The position numbers and the translations under genes are program-made. A stretch of 64,000 nt of DNA from Macrostomum lignano (Eukaryota), in NCBI GenBank assembly GCA_002269645.1, contig NIVC01000645.1, forward strand, positions 186,001 through 250,000. The letters run 5' to 3'. Positions 1 to 15,050 of the stretch are shown here, piece by piece. Position 1 is the first letter of the stretch; the number at the start of each line of letters is the position of its first letter. The notes below the pieces were generated by a model. That model was not told where the DNA came from. It saw nothing but the letters and a program-made list of their open reading frames with translations, and did no database searches.

Positions 1-279
1 GATTGGCACGGAATTTCTCTTATGAATTAACTGAAAACCACCTGACTGACCCAATTACTGTTTTGTTTGTTTATAGCTTCATTTAATTTGCAGTAATTAA
101 AGTATTTGAGCATTTTAGCTAGCTAACATTTAATTAGAAAAGATTAGGTCAGTAATTTTCTTCCGACGAAATTGCATTCATTTGTAGCATGTAAAAAGCA
201 ATGGGCCAATAACTTGTGAATTGTGATGCCTCCAATAGCCAAATTTTTGGCACTTGCGCAATCGCATTGGTACTGTGTG

Positions 280-410
280 TAGGGATGCCGAAATCCCGGA
301 GTTTCGTGATCCCGGGATCTCGCAATTAATCCCGAAATTTTCTAACATCGCGGAAAAATCCCGGAGGTTAATCCCGGGATACCCCCGAAAAAGTCCCGGG
401 ATCCTGGTGT
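280..410 (+). mobile_element. Possible hAT-like transposon terminus with ATCCCG/CGGGAT subterminal repeats
   Basis: Begins TAGGGATG (a common hAT TIR start) and is followed by about 8 ATCCCG/CGGGAT motifs. No matching opposite end or TSD was found. Confidence 0.35.
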
Positions 411-2169
411 TGTGACACCTAGACAGGTAGTATAGTACTGGTGTATGTGCGGTGCGAGTATCGAGTATGCTTTCTGACTGAGACAGAGTATGCTATAGTA
501 AATAGATTAATAGATAACCAAACCAAGATAGTATTTACTACTATTTTATAGGCAATAGCACGGCTGGACATATTGGTATTATGAAATTGTTTTTTTCATT
601 TAAAGAAAGCAATCCATTATAATCAGCCGGTAGAGCAGAGCACACTAAAAATAAGTATTACTATCACTGTTATGTGACCCCCATTTGTCCAGACAGCCAA
701 ACACTGACTAAATTAAAAAATCAATAAAATGAAGTTAAAGAATCAGACAAACCAGACACAGCCAGCGTGTTCAAACGCGATGGGTAAAACCTTTAAAACC
801 GCCCGTTCCATGCAGCCTGACTGAAAATCTTCAGTTCGTGCGCGAGGGAATAAGTGAGGAGATTCGCGGGTAATAAAATTCCGGCACGGACCCAAATGCC
901 GCGGCGGCCTACAGTTGTGCGAAGAATTTTCTAACTGGGAAGCCCCCGCAGGTCCACCCAGCCCCCCCCCCCGCCAAGAGGGGCTTTATGTGAGCCGAAT
1001 TAGCAGGCGATGCAATAAAAATGGCGATTTGCGACGCGATTAGAAAGGACTACGGGCTACGGCAGAGTAAATGAACGTGCTTTTGCTTTACTTTCTATGC
1101 GCCTTAGGGCTTAGGCCATTTGTATTGTGTTGGCTTAAAACGTGGGAATATCTTCTGGGTTGGCATTGAATTTCGCAAGCCAAATACTTGAAATAAACAG
1201 GGGAATGGGATAAGATTCAAGAATTCAAGGAAGATTTTTAAGAAGATTATACACAATGCACAAGTATATTATAATTAATTACAAACGCCATAGAAACAGG
1301 GCAAAAACAACAAAAGCTTCCTTCTATTTAAAAATAATTCTTGCCAATGCGGTGCCATGGTAATTGTATCTAATTCACATTACTTTACATCATACATGTC
1401 ACTGCAGCGGCGAAAATCGGACTTACAATAAATATAACTAATGAGATCTGATCTATTGCATGCATGCAATGCAAACCATTCAATTTACCCAAAATTGACA
1501 GATTATACTGCTGGGGCCGCTGGGCGCGGGTGGGTTCCGTGGGTAGACAGACACTAGACTAGGGCCAACAGGAACAGAGTAAACAGAATTATGCTTGTTT
1601 TATACACCAAACCGAACTCTAAATCTTTATGACGTCAAATATAAAACTAGAAAGAGTCTAGATCCCAAGGATCCCAACCAACCCAAGTTCCAACAGACAT
1701 TGGATGCATTGTAATCGTAATTGTAAACAAGCAGTCCAAGAAGGACTCCGAGACTCCGACAAACTTGAGACTTGAATGAACACTGAACACAAAGACCAAC
1801 AATTCGTAAAGCTTAAACATCCAAATTCCAAATCTCCCGTCCTAAAGCCCCACTGCCGATGACCTATTTTAAAAGGGGCGGCGGCGCTAAAAGGAGGAAG
1901 GAAAAGGGAAAAAACCTACTCGGAAAATGCACTAAAGAGACAGGAACAACAGAAACTTTGCCGAAACTTTGCTTGCTTGTGTGTCTCGAGTCTCGACTCT
2001 AGTGGCGTTTTTTTAAAATAAGAACTTATTACATCTAAGGTTGTTCCTTCGGCAAAGCACATTAGGAATTCGGATCTTCACAATCACAACGTGAGATATT
2101 GAGAATTTAGTGCTAAAAAATATAAAAACCCCTTATCTCTCATTTTGCAATAAAAAGACTCAAAAGTGA

Positions 2170-2349
2170 CAGGGGCGTAGCCAAGGGGGGGGTCATGGGG
2201 GTCATGACCCCCCCCCTAGCCGGCTGATCCAGGCTAAATTTTCAGGCCCCCTCCCCGTCGCAGAGGCCTAGCACCCCTGCCCCGGTTACCGTTGTGAGCC
2301 TGTGACTGAATGTGACCCCCCCCCGAAAGAAATCCTGGCTACGCCACTG
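2170..2349. mobile_element. Non-autonomous hAT-type MITE (180 bp)
   Basis: 14-bp TIRs CAGGGGCGTAGCCA / rc CAGTGGCGTAGCCA (1 mismatch). Perfect 8-bp TSD AAAAGTGA at 2162-2169 and 2350-2357. Internal palindrome GGGGGTCATGACCCCC. Confidence 0.9.
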
Positions 2350-5265
2350 AAAAGTGAACACCCTTCCTTCCATGTGAAATTTTCACAATCTGCGAGTGCA
2401 GCGTTTTTCAGCTTGAGTTGTCCATGTTCTATAAAAATACAACACGGCAAATTTTCAATGAATTTAAAAGTATAAAGGACAATCAATAAGATGTGCAAGT
2501 GCAACGTGCAAGTGCGTGGTGCAAAAATACCGGTTCGACTGTCTGAGTCTGACTCTGACTGACTATCTGTATCTCTGCCTTGTACTGTATCAAATGAAAT
2601 GAATGCTATAGCAAACAAAGCAAATCAAACACAATTTCAACAACAGCAGCGCAGCAGCTATTGTAGCCTACAGGCGCCTCACCTCACAAAGCCAAGTTGT
2701 GGTGCTCCAATACAATACAATCAATAATAATCCAATTCCAAACCCATTTGTAAGTTGTAACTGAGGTAATGAATCTCCATTGTAGTTTGTAGATAGTGGC
2801 AATATCAATTTATTAGCTAATATCAATATATTCGATTCGATACGTATGCGGCATAACATGACTAAGCACAAGTATAATCCCCTTATCGCCAGCATTTACG
2901 TAATTAATGGTAACTAAAGTAACAAGCATCAGATTTCTAATTATTGTGGCACTGAATTTTGGGACACATTCGCCAGGGGTGGCTTCGTCCATAGATATAA
3001 AAAGTAAGCCCTACAAAAAGGTGGCAACGCAAGCGAAGCAAGCCTTCTATTGCAATGAGAGTGGGTTGACTACTAGCAGGGGAGGGGAGCTGGGGAAGCT
3101 TCTCTCACCAGTGGAACCCTTTAAATGTCTCTCCTACTCCTCTAGTGGTGCAGGAGGGTCTGGGGAAGGGATGGCGGATATGCTTGCAAAGCAAGCAAGC
3201 TGTTAACGCAAAAATTAAAGGGGCAGCCGCGTGAGCGCGCATGCTAACTATTAGTTGGGTTAGCCAGCCAATGACAAGCCTCCTACGATTCTCCACAGTC
3301 GGGCAGGCACCTCATTTGCCTATGTTATCAGACTTGATCCAACACTTGCCTCTCGCTTGGTTCAACTGGCTCTTATTTTTACAATACATAGACTGGGCTT
3401 GCGTGACTCTGTCTTCTTGAACTGAAGTCTGATCTACTAAGCAACTCCATTCCCTTTCATTTTTTCTATTTTTCTCTTTACTACCCAATCTGAAGATTCT
3501 GGAGATTCTCAATTTCTCTTTGCTAACCGAGTCTGCGAATCAATACAATCCAAAACTTGCCTATTCGCGTATTATTATAACTGTCGTTCGATCACCTAGG
3601 CTTTGCTTTGGCATCGTTGCTTACCGTAACATTTATTAATCCAATGAAATAGAGTCGGTGAGTACTTACTTCCTCTAATTTTTCTAAAAGACTGAATGCT
3701 TCTTTCGGGATTTCTTTCTTGGTTTGTTGTTTGTTGCTTTCTTCGTCTTGGCCTGGGGGACACTTCTAATGTAATGGGGCTAATGTCTAATGAGCGGACT
3801 GCAACTCCAACATTAGCATCTGACTTCATCTGATCTAATACGTATTTATAAAACTTTATAATAATAGCTGCTAATGGTTTCTATTATAGCTTGCATATAT
3901 AAGGCTCTATGCCCTAGGCTAGTCTCGCTATTTAAGTTTTGATGAACTGAAACGAGCAAAATTCTAGTGTATAAGTTGTATAACTACGTTGAATTTGCAA
4001 ATACGCAAATGTACCTTGTATTGAATAAATGATACAAGAATTAAAATGATTTTTTAGGCCTGCCAGTAGGCACTAGAGACGGGTACTGGTTTGAATTTGA
4101 TTTGAACTGGGCAAATGCAATGCAACATAGGGAGCCTAGGGACTGTCTGTCCTCCACGAGAAAAATCGTAGAATATCATAAAATTCATAAAGATTCATAA
4201 TCGAGAATTGCGCCGCTATCAGGGTAAGAACTTAAGAAGCCGGGCCGTGGTGTACATTAAAAGATAAAAAATATAACGAAGGGATTTGTAGCCAAAGGCA
4301 AAGCTATCCAATGTCCAAGTCCAGCTGATTTAGGAGTAGGACTGATAATTGCGAGAGGACAGGCAGATAAGAATGACTTTAACAGAAATCGCATCGCACA
4401 AATCACAGAATCGATATCGATTATTGATTTCAATCCTAATTGCCCGGTTGCCCCGGTTCTCGATTGTTAGTGTATATGAATGAATTGATAATTGATTAAT
4501 TCTCAGCTTCAATTAATTAATTAAGTTGAGTCTGAAAGGAGAGAATCGTATTCCCTGACCCTGTATCCTACTTACTCTACTCCATTACTAACAGGCTAGA
4601 GTAAGAGGTTGCAAATAAAAGCAATTTCCGCCTTTCTTGAGGTTAGTTTGATTTAGTTTAGGTACAGCGCAAGCCGCGCTTTGTGGGGTTTGGAACCCCC
4701 CAACCGAAAAGCATTGCCTTGCTAATGGTGGGTCCGCGGGGCTGGGGGGGGGGGGCTTTAGAGTGTGAACTGTGAAGTCTGGGGGAGACCACCACCCCCT
4801 TCTCGCTCAGCTGACTGACTGTCTGCGCTTTAGACAGGCGCAATGTAATGTGTAAAGCTCTCCTGCCGGGACTGGAGGGGGTGGTGGGCCGGTCAGCCTT
4901 AGTCCACGCTTGGATTGGTCGACTAAGCAGCCAATTGGCGTGCGGGGTTTTCTAGGGCTTCCCCCAATTCCATTCAGTGTGTGTGTGCAATAGGAGGCCC
5001 CCCCTTCGTTGTTTAATGGGGGATGGCTGGCTCCCCAACCCTCAAGGCGCTTTATTACGGCATGCACAAGTTTGATGGGCACGACAGACATTTCCACAAT
5101 ATAATAATAATAATAATACTGTCTTTTTAATTCTGCACCGCGTTTTTACTCCACCTGGCTGTAGAATTGATTAATCTAACCCTATTTTCCCCCACTGTAT
5201 ATTATAGCATCCTTACACCGAAGCCGCGAAATCAGTGAATCTCTTCCAACTACCATGCCAATGGA

Positions 5266-5664
5266 ATGTCGTCCGTTGAACAATTGACAACTATCGACAG
5301 AGCTATCGTCGAACCCAATCCGTCCGGGACGACCGCGTCAGACTCGTTTTCAAATTGGGACCTACTAGGCGACCTAATGATCGACTTAGGCGGCGGCAAC
5401 ACCGGCCCGGCGGACCAGGGGCCGCTGAAGATGCAGAATAGTTCCGCCTCGGAGAATCTGGCCCCGGCAACAAAGCCGGACTCTGACAAAGGCCTCGTTT
5501 TAAAGATGAAAATCAAGCGCAAATCTAAGAATGAAGAGAAGCACGAAATTGTCACGCCAGATATGGAGAAATACCGATTATTGTCAGCGCCATCTGTCAA
5601 GCTGGAAGAAGCAGACTCATCCGCTACTCATGCTCCCGCGGCTAAGAAGTCTCGGCCAGATAAG
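5266..5664 (+). CDS. ZNF608: ZNF608/609-like coding exon 1
   Basis: ATG at 5266; contains LKMKIKRK; ends AAG|GTAAGC in phase 0. Confidence 0.75.
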
Positions 5665-8568
5665 GTAAGCCTCATTTTGCTGCATTTAGTTTCAGTTCCG
5701 GGGCCTCTTTGTTCTGTTGCCTCTTTATTAGTTGCACAGAAAACCACAGCAAGCTTGGAACTGCTACTGAATTTTTGTTTAATTTCTCTGTTTGCTAGTT
5801 TTTTAGCAGGCTGTAGCCAGTCTATTAAATTGAGGCAGGCTTGGAACAAAGCAACCCCCCCCTGAAATATTATTATTCTCTGCCACTCATGCAGTAAAGT
5901 GCACTCGCAATTCTCAACTAACCATCAGATTAAAACCTGACTGAAAAAATGGCCTACTCAGCATCTTTTTTTTGCTAACTAATTTTTTAAGAAATACCGT
6001 CAGTGACGGAGCCGACCTGTATGCTGGCAGCACTGCTGCTTTCCTGGGACATCTTGCTCTAGTTCTGCCTAAACTTCTTTCTTAAAATTACCGACATCCA
6101 ATGACATCATATCCTAACGTTTCTTAGAATTACACACTGACCTTCAATGACCTTATATCTTTGCGCTTCTTAGAATTACTGAACTTATTGACTCTTAAAT
6201 AAAGGTAAATATCAACATGAAGTATTATTTGAGTTGCCGATGCATTTCGTCCATTTGCATTAGGACATCGTCAGGGTCTTTTTATTGAGAAACAATTTGA
6301 ACGAATATTCAGTATATATAGATAGTTGAGAGTAACAAGAGTAGTTGAATTGAGTTTTTAATTGATGGTTTAAAACTTTTTACTTCATGTAAAAATAATA
6401 CTTCATGTTGATATTTACCTTTATTTATCTACTCTTCATCAAGCGAGCCACTTTACCTGATTTTTATTGACTCTTAACTTATTTTTCTTAGAATAACTGA
6501 ACTTTAATGAAGGGCGACCAAAGATCCCTTAACCGACCAGTGACTTGACTTACTTAAAATTAAAAAAATCACAATACGCCATTAACTCCATTAACAAATC
6601 CCAAACCCTTATCAAACACATCCCATCCAGTCTTCCGGCCGGCACGCATCCGCGAGCTCTTCAACTGGTCACTCTGGCAGCGGCAGCAGCGGCAAGCGGG
6701 ACGCCTGGGCCAACACAGCCACTGTGGGCACCGGGATCGAGCCCGACTGTCTCGGGCCCTGCGACAGCGGCACCAGCGTCTCCCTCGACGGCCTAGTCTG
6801 GCTGGAGACGGACACCGGGGTCCTGGTGGTCAACGTGACCTGGCGCGGCCGCACCTACGTTGGCACCCTGCTAGACTCGTCCCGGCACGACTTTGCCCCG
6901 CCATGCTCGGCCCCCGGCGCCTCCACCTCGGCCGCCGGCGCCAACAACGGCTCCAGCTCGAATCCTGAGGATCCCGAATCGTCCAACAGCAACGGCGCCG
7001 GCTCTCGCTGGTGCCAGCAGCAGCTGAACGGCCAGCACCAGCATCATCACCATCATCATTCCCTGGCTTATCAGCACGCTCAGCATCACGGAGGTCGCGG
7101 CGGCCGAGGCAATCGGCGCCGGGGAGGCCGGCCGCTGGCGCGTCAGCTGCCGCTGGCAAATGGCAGCAGCGGCAGCAGCGCCGGCAGCAACGGAGGCGGC
7201 GGCCCGGAACTGCCGCACATCCGGTGTCCAGAACCCGGATGTGACAAGCGCTTCGCCCAGCTTCAGGCGTTGAAGTGGCACAGCATCAACCAGCACAGTC
7301 AGCAGCAGCAGCCACAGGATTCCCCCAGCGGCAGCCTTCGCGAGGAGAAATCTCTAGACGGATCCAGCGTGTTCAAAGTTCCTCAGCAACAGGCTGTGTC
7401 CAAGCCGCAGTCAGCCGCCGGGGTCGTGACTGTCTCGCGGACCTGCCCGGTGCCCTACGGCCCTCCGCCTCAGGCTGGCTCAGCCGGTTTCAAAGCCATT
7501 CAGCCGAAGCCTGGCAAGGCTGGCCGAAGGTCCGCCGACCCGGTGTCGCCTGCCTACAGCGACATCAGCGACGAAGGCGGAGCTCCGGTGCTGGAGCGGG
7601 AGGACGAGCAGCAGCAGCAGCAGCACAAAGACCGGCAACAGCAGCAGCAGCCACTAGCGAGGTCTTTGTCCGCCAACGAGGCGATTCGCGCCAAGTCTTT
7701 ACCGCCAACTCAGCATCAAGCCAGGCCGCCGTCCGCATCTGCCGCATCCGCCGCTGTTGCTGCTACAAGCGCCGTGGCAACTCAGCCGCCTAGAACGCCT
7801 TCTACCTCGTCAACGACGTCCTCCGGCCACGGCGCGCCGCCGAAGCCCAGCTTGGGCCACTCGCCCTCCGACGGTGCCGATGCCCGGCCGAAGGCGACTG
7901 CACCGCCGCAGCAGCCGCCGCCGCCGCCGCCCCCGTCCCAAGCGCCGTCGTCGGCCCCCGCCGTGGCGCCTTCAGCAGTCAGCGCCGCCGGCAGGCCGCC
8001 ATCAATGTTCCAGCCGTCGCCTCAGCGTCGCCCGTCGCAGCCGAGTCCTTCGGCGTCGTCTCCGAGATTCGGGCAGCAGCATCAGCAGCATCCGGGAGCC
8101 GCAGCGGCAGCCGCCGCCGCCATGGCCGCCGGCTTTGACCCGTACCGGATGTCGTCCTACCAGCACCTGCCCGGCCTTGAGGCGCTCAGCCAGTACGCAG
8201 CAGCCGCGGCGGCGATGTCTTCTGGAAGACAACAGCAGCAACAGCAACAACAGCAGCCGCAGCATCCTCAGCTGCATCATCAGCAGCAGCACAAAATTCA
8301 CGAGCTCGGCCGCAAAGCCGCCAGTCCGAAGGCGTCGCCGCCGACCCCAAACGGTCGTTTCCCAGCCTCCAACGGTGCTTCATCTAGTCACCACCAGCAG
8401 CTGCATCAGCAGCATCTGCAGCATCACCTGGCCAACCTGCACCAGCAGCACCAGCGGTCTCAGCCTCCTCCACATCATCACCTGATGGAACAGTTCAGCC
8501 TGCCGTTCACCCTGACCTCTCAGATGATGCAGTCTGCCCAGGCTCCTCATTACCTGCATCCCAAGTGA
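5266..8568 (+). CDS. ZNF608: ZNF608/ZNF609 (scribbler/brakeless)-like C2H2 transcriptional co-repressor, join(5266..5664,6631..8568), 778 aa
   Basis: The motif [46 protein letters not shown] matches the family block recalled for ZNF608/609/Bks. There is a single C2H2 finger [24 protein letters not shown] and an [10 protein letters not shown] motif. Phase-0 GT-AG intron 5665-6630. Confidence 0.88.
6631..8568 (+). CDS. ZNF608: ZNF608/609-like coding exon 2
   Basis: Acceptor TCCCATCCAG| is in frame with the 614-aa ORF; stop TGA at 8566-8568. Confidence 0.88.
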   Translation, partial: SSGRHASASSSTGHSGSGSSGKRDAWANTATVGTGIEPDCLGPCDSGTSVSLDGLVWLETDTGVLVVNVTWRGRTYVGTLLDSSRHDFAPPCSAPGASTSAAGANNGSSSNPEDPESSNSNGAGSRWCQQQLNGQHQHHHHHHSLAYQHAQHHGGRGGRGNRRRGGRPLARQLPLANGSSGSSAGSNGGGGPELPHIRCPEPGCDKRFAQLQALKWHSINQHSQQQQPQDSPSGSLREEKSLDGSSVFKVPQQQAVSKPQSAAGVVTVSRTCPVPYGPPPQAGSAGFKAIQPKPGKAGRRSADPVSPAYSDISDEGGAPVLEREDEQQQQQHKDRQQQQQPLARSLSANEAIRAKSLPPTQHQARPPSASAASAAVAATSAVATQPPRTPSTSSTTSSGHGAPPKPSLGHSPSDGADARPKATAPPQQPPPPPPPSQAPSSAPAVAPSAVSAAGRPPSMFQPSPQRRPSQPSPSASSPRFGQQHQQHPGAAAAAAAAMAAGFDPYRMSSYQHLPGLEALSQYAAAAAAMSSGRQQQQQQQQQPQHPQLHHQQQHKIHELGRKAASPKASPPTPNGRFPASNGASSSHHQQLHQQHLQHHLANLHQQHQRSQPPPHHHLMEQFSLPFTLTSQMMQSAQAPHYLHPK

Positions 8569-9289
8569 CACTTCCTTTGTCCATCAACCTTTGTGCCGGA
8601 ATCGTTTCCTGTTAATATTTCCGCTTTGCTGCTTTTAGTTCGCACTCCAAAGTCAAGGTGGACCTCTCTCCCTTTGTCTTTTAATTTCACTGAAAATACC
8701 AGTTTATTATATATGATTATGAATGCATCTGTAATTTGTTATAATGCCGTACGCGAAATTTGCATCTCAAACCGGGATTGTTTTTCAACGCAGACGCTTT
8801 CAAGCACCCGCTGTACAATGGTTGCCAAGCTTATATCTACTGTACTAAATACTATACTAATAATACTGTTTTCTTGTTGTGTCTTAATGTTAGTTTGTAA
8901 CTTATTTTTATCCGAGCTGAATTGTGACACAAATCGTATAGAATGTTTATCAACTCTCTGGCTTGTTATCGTCATTCAATCCGCGCCAATCCGTAAAGAC
9001 TTCTCAATTTGGAATTATCGGTGATGAAAAAATCTTTGTTGGCTTTGCTTGCTTTGTTAAACTGCACTGTGACAACAAAAATATAAATTCATCGCTCACT
9101 AGAATGAGGCGAGATGCGGCCCCTATGCCTTATGCATTGTTTGTAAATTATTAATGATGCAATCTTTGCAATGTGCAACAAAATCTGTGCATTTCGTTTG
9201 GACTTTGCGTTGGTTATCTTGGATTTGCAAGTACCGACTTGCTGACATTTTGTCCAAGTGATAAACCATCTCTAGACACTATAAGTTGT

Positions 9290-10520
9290 CTTAAGACACC
9301 ATACGATACGTCTCTAGACTCAATAGATTACCTCTGGAAACGATAGATTATCTCTAGACTCGATACATTATCTTTTGGTACGATTGATTGTCTCTAACAG
9401 GTGATAGACTGTCTCCAGACACAATAGATTATCTCTAGACTCGATACATTATCTTTTGGTACGATTGATTGTCTCTAACAGGTGATAGACTGTCTCCAGA
9501 CACAATAGATTATCTCTAGACTCCATAGATTATCTCTAGAAACGATAGATTATCTCTAGACTCCATAGATTATCTCTAGAAACGACCGATTATCTCTAGA
9601 CTCAATAGATTATCTCTAGAAACGATAGATTATCTCTAGACTCAATAGATTATCTCTAGAAACGACCGATTATCTCTAGACTCAATAGATTATCTCTAGA
9701 AACGATAGATTATCTCTAGACTCCATAGATTATCTCTAGAAACGACCGATTATCTCTAGACTCCATAGATTATCTCTAGAAACGATAGATTATCTCTAGA
9801 CTCCATAGATTATCTCTAGAAACGACCGATTATCTCTAGACTCAATAGATTATCTCTAGAAACGATAGATTATCTCTAGACTCCATAGATTATCTCTAGA
9901 AACGACCGATTATCTCTAGACTCCATAGATTATCTCTAGAAACGACCGATTATCTCTAGACTCCATAGATTATCTCTAGAAACGACCGATTATCTCTAGA
10001 CTCCATAGATTATCTCTAGAAACGACCGATTATCTCTAGACTCCATAGATTATCTCTAGAAACGACCGATTATCTCTAGACTCCATAGATTATCTCTAGA
10101 AACGATCGATTATCTTTAGACTCAATAGATTATCTCTAGAAACGATCGATTATCTCTAGACTCCATAGATTATCTCTAGAAACGACCGATTATCTCTAGA
10201 CTCAATAGATTATCTCTAGAAACGACCGATTATCTTTAGACTCCATAGATTATCTCTAGACTTCAATACAATAGATTACCTCTAGACACGATAGATTTTA
10301 TTTAGACACAATATATAGATAATCTTTAGACACGATAGATTATCTCTAGCCACGATGGATTATCTCTAGACACGATTGATTGTCTCTGAGAGGCGATAGA
10401 CTGTCTCTAGACACGATAGATTATCTTTAGACACGATAGATTAACACTAGACACGTTGGATTGTCTCTCGACACAATAGGTCTTTAGGTTGCCTCTATAG
10501 ACACGATAGATTATCTATAG
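9290..10520. repeat. 20-bp minisatellite (ATAGATTATCTCTAGA + AACG/CTCC variants alternating as a 40-bp dimer)
   Basis: Direct tandem copies; regular core about 9510-10260 with degenerate flanks. Confidence 0.9.
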
Positions 10521-11209
10521 ACACCAAAGATTGTCTATGACACGATGCAATGTCTAGACTCTGTAGATTTCCCATCTAAACCCGAAAGCGAAGACTATTT
10601 CGAAACAAAAGCAAGGCCTTCCTTTCTTTCACAAAACAGCAGGTGCTCCAGCGCGGCTGCAAATTATTAGGCAAAATGACCTCTTATTCAATTCAGAGTT
10701 TCCACAACGTGACAGTCATCATAATGTGCTAATATGGCCCCTGCCTCCTTGTCTGCATGTGACACCTCTGTAATTAAATACCATATGCTCAGCGCAGTCA
10801 CCGCGCGTCAAAGTGTAAAGTCGAATAATCGCGAACTCTACTTGTATTGACAGACTTATAAAAGTGGTTGCATGTAAACAATAAACCCAAGAATATTATT
10901 AATGAGGGAGTTTAGCGGGTGTAATACCTTAATTCTTAAGGATATCAGGTGTACACAAAGCTGTTTTTTCCTTCGTCAGCAGCTCGGGGGATCAAATCTT
11001 TCCAACCGTCATTATCGGCTTTATCTGGGTGGGGAGGCGGGGCTCCGGCTTCCCTCTTCAGAGCCCTGGAGGGATCGGGAAGGATTGAATGAAGCCGAGT
11101 GACGCAACACAGGGGATTGGGAAATTGGCATTGGCACGGTGGCATGACGGATTTCCGTTTGAATTCGAGCGGCAGAGCGTCTGCGAAATCTTGACAAATA
11201 CTGTAAGAA

Positions 11210-11875
11210 CTTGGGAGTAATGGGATACCTATGGGAATTATGGGATATCGATTGGAATCATGTACCCGGGTAATATCTAGGGGAGGCATGGGATATCTAT
11301 GGCAATCATGTAATATCTATAGGAAGCATGGGGAATCTATAAGAAGCATGGGATATCTATGGGAATCATGTATTGTCTATGGAAAGCATGGGGCATCTAA
11401 TAAGAAGTATGAGATATCTATGGGAAGCATGGGATATCTATCTGAATCATGTAATATCCATGGCATATCTATGGGAATCAATGGATATCTACGGGAAGCA
11501 TGGGATATCTATGGGAATCAATGGATATCGATGGAAATCAAGGGAACCTATGGAAAGCATGGGATATCGATGGGAGTCATGGGATATCTATGAGAAGCAC
11601 GGGATATTCATGGGAATCAATGGATATCGATGGAAATCGAGGGATATCTATGAGAAACATGGGATATTTATGGGAATCAATGGATATCGATGGAAATCAA
11701 GGGATATCTATGGAAAGCATGGGATATCGATGGGAATTATCGGATATCTATGGGAGTAATGTAAATATCTATGGGAAACATGGGATATCTTTGCGAATCA
11801 AAGGATATCTATGGGAATCATGTAATATCTATGGGAAGCATGGGGCATCTGCGGGAGTCATGGGATATCAATTGA
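11210..11875. repeat. Degenerate ~20-bp minisatellite (ATGGGATATCTATGGGAATC-like)
   Basis: Recurrent GGGATATCTATGG motif; it produces the spurious MGYLWES ORFs. Confidence 0.85.
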
Positions 11876-12429
11876 ATCGGGCCATAAGGTTAATATTGTG
11901 CATCTGAGACCACATCATTTACGAACTAGCGCAGCATGGGTTCGAGTACGCAGTCGATGTTCCCCAGTAGCCAGTCAACTTCAATACGCCCGCTTGTACA
12001 TGGCTTGACTGATGGGAAGAAACAGACCGGGAGACCAGGCCATAAAAAGAATTTCTCCAATGAGGCGGAACAGCGCGGGGAATCAGTGAATCAGTGGGGG
12101 ATCAAGGAGGCAAAAAATCCTCTCCAATATTATTAGGCTCCGAGGGAGCGCGGGGAAGAGGATGGAGAACGATCGGTTCGCTGCCCATGGAACAAAGACC
12201 ATTGGGAATGTAGCCACCGCCACAGTCTGTAATCAGGGATATGGGATCTGTGGAGGCCAGGGGCGGAGGCGACAGGCACCCACCGCCGCAACAGGGTCCC
12301 CCCGTCCTTTGACGATCGGCAAATGATATCAAGTTCGATGGATTGTTAAATGTAGAGTCTTAATGAATTCGATACGTAGGTGCCTTTTTTAAATGTCAAA
12401 TATTGAAACTATGGGTCACACACAGCACA

Positions 12430-13300
12430 CACAGTTGGAATGGCGCCTCAATTACAGTTAAGATGGCGTCTTAATCACAGCTGGAATGGCGCCTCAACAA
12501 CACTTGAAATGGCGCCCCAATCACAGTTGAAATGGCGCCTCAATTACAGTTGAAATGGCGCCTCAATTACAGTTGAAATGGCGCCTCAATTACAGTTGAA
12601 ATGGCGCCTCAATTACAGGTGAAATGGCGCCTCAATTACAGTTGAAATGGCGCCTCAATAACAGTCAAAATGGCGCCCCAATCACAGTTGAAATGGCGCC
12701 TCAATTACAGTTGAAATGGCGCCTCAATTACAGTTGAAATGGCGCCTCAATTACAGTTGAAATGGCGCCTCAATTACAGGTGAAATGGCGCCTCAATTAC
12801 AGTTGAAATGGCGCCTCAATAACAATCAAAATGGCGCCTCAATTACAGTTGAAATGGCGCCTCAATAACAGTTGAAATGGCGCCTCAATAACAGTCAAAA
12901 TGGCGCCTCAATTACAGTTTAAATGGCGCCCCAATCACAGTTGAAATGGCCCCTCAATTACAGTTCAAATGGCGCCTCAATTACAGTTGAAATGGCCCCT
13001 CAATTTCAGTTAAAATGGCAACCTCAATAACAGTCAAAATGGCGCCTCAATTACAGGTGAAATGGCGCCTCAATTTTAGTTGAAATGGCGCCTCAATTAC
13101 AGTCAAAATGGCGCCTCAATTACAGGTGAAATGGCGCCTCAATTACAGTCAAAATGGCGCCTCAATTACAGTCAAAATGGCGCCTCAATTACAGGTGAAA
13201 TGGCGCCTCAATTTTAGTCAAAATGGCACCTCAATTACAATTGAAATGGCGCCTCAATTACAGTAGCGATCGCGCCTCAATCACAGTTAAAATGGCGCCT
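12430..13300. repeat. 23-bp minisatellite AAATGGCGCCTCAATTACAGTTG
   Basis: Period 23 checked (12541 to 12564); about 37 copies. Confidence 0.95.
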
Positions 13301-14139
13301 AACCATGGAGGTGCAAAATGTTTTACGTCAAAAATGTGATGAAATCTTATACTGCCTGTATGATTTGGCCCACTAAAGTCAAGCATTACGCAATAAAATG
13401 TAGCAATAATATCACGACGAATTTCCACCGAAGCAAAACAAAGACCAGTGGGGGGTCAACAAAGACCCATTCTGACCCAAGCTGATTTTCTATCGTTCGG
13501 AAAAAACCGAAAACAAAATAATGGTGGGGAAAGTGAGAGCTGAAAAATGTAAGGAAAGTTGAGAAGCATTCACACTTACTCAAGGCTTTTGCAGATATTT
13601 GACTGTATATTTGACACGATAGCCCACCAACCAATATCCCTTATTCATATTCTCTCCCACTTCAGACCATCTCCCCGGGATCCCCACCTCATTTCTTCAG
13701 CTCACGCTTGGCTAAGCTCTCACAGCCCCCAAGTGGGAGTTGGGAAATTTGGGAAGAAAGAGAGAAGCCGGGGGGGGAGGGGAAAAGGCAGAGAGGAACC
13801 CCCGTGGCTAGATCCAAGATTATCCCTCAGCATAGGCGTCTCTGTTCCCAGCTGTCTTACCTACACAACGTCAACTCTTTCATCACACACAGTCAGATTC
13901 AAATCACCTTACAGGGAAGTTTGCCTCCCCCCTGTGTTTACTGTGCGCCCGTCTGTATTCCCTAAATTCCCAACATTGCCTTTGACTCCCTCTGCTGGCT
14001 AAACTTCCACTAATCGATTCATCCAGATGCAAATTCTGCTTCCAGCATGACGATTTTAATGTAGTATACGAGCGTGTTATAGAACATTTCAGGTTCGATG
14101 ATATTTAACGCTTGATGTGGGTAGCTTGGGTAGCTATCT

Positions 14140-15050
<911 letters not shown>

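Noticed and set aside
2286-5097. Short ORFs upstream of the ZNF608-like gene
   Set aside because: No recognisable domains or exon chains; likely promoter, UTR or TE-derived sequence.
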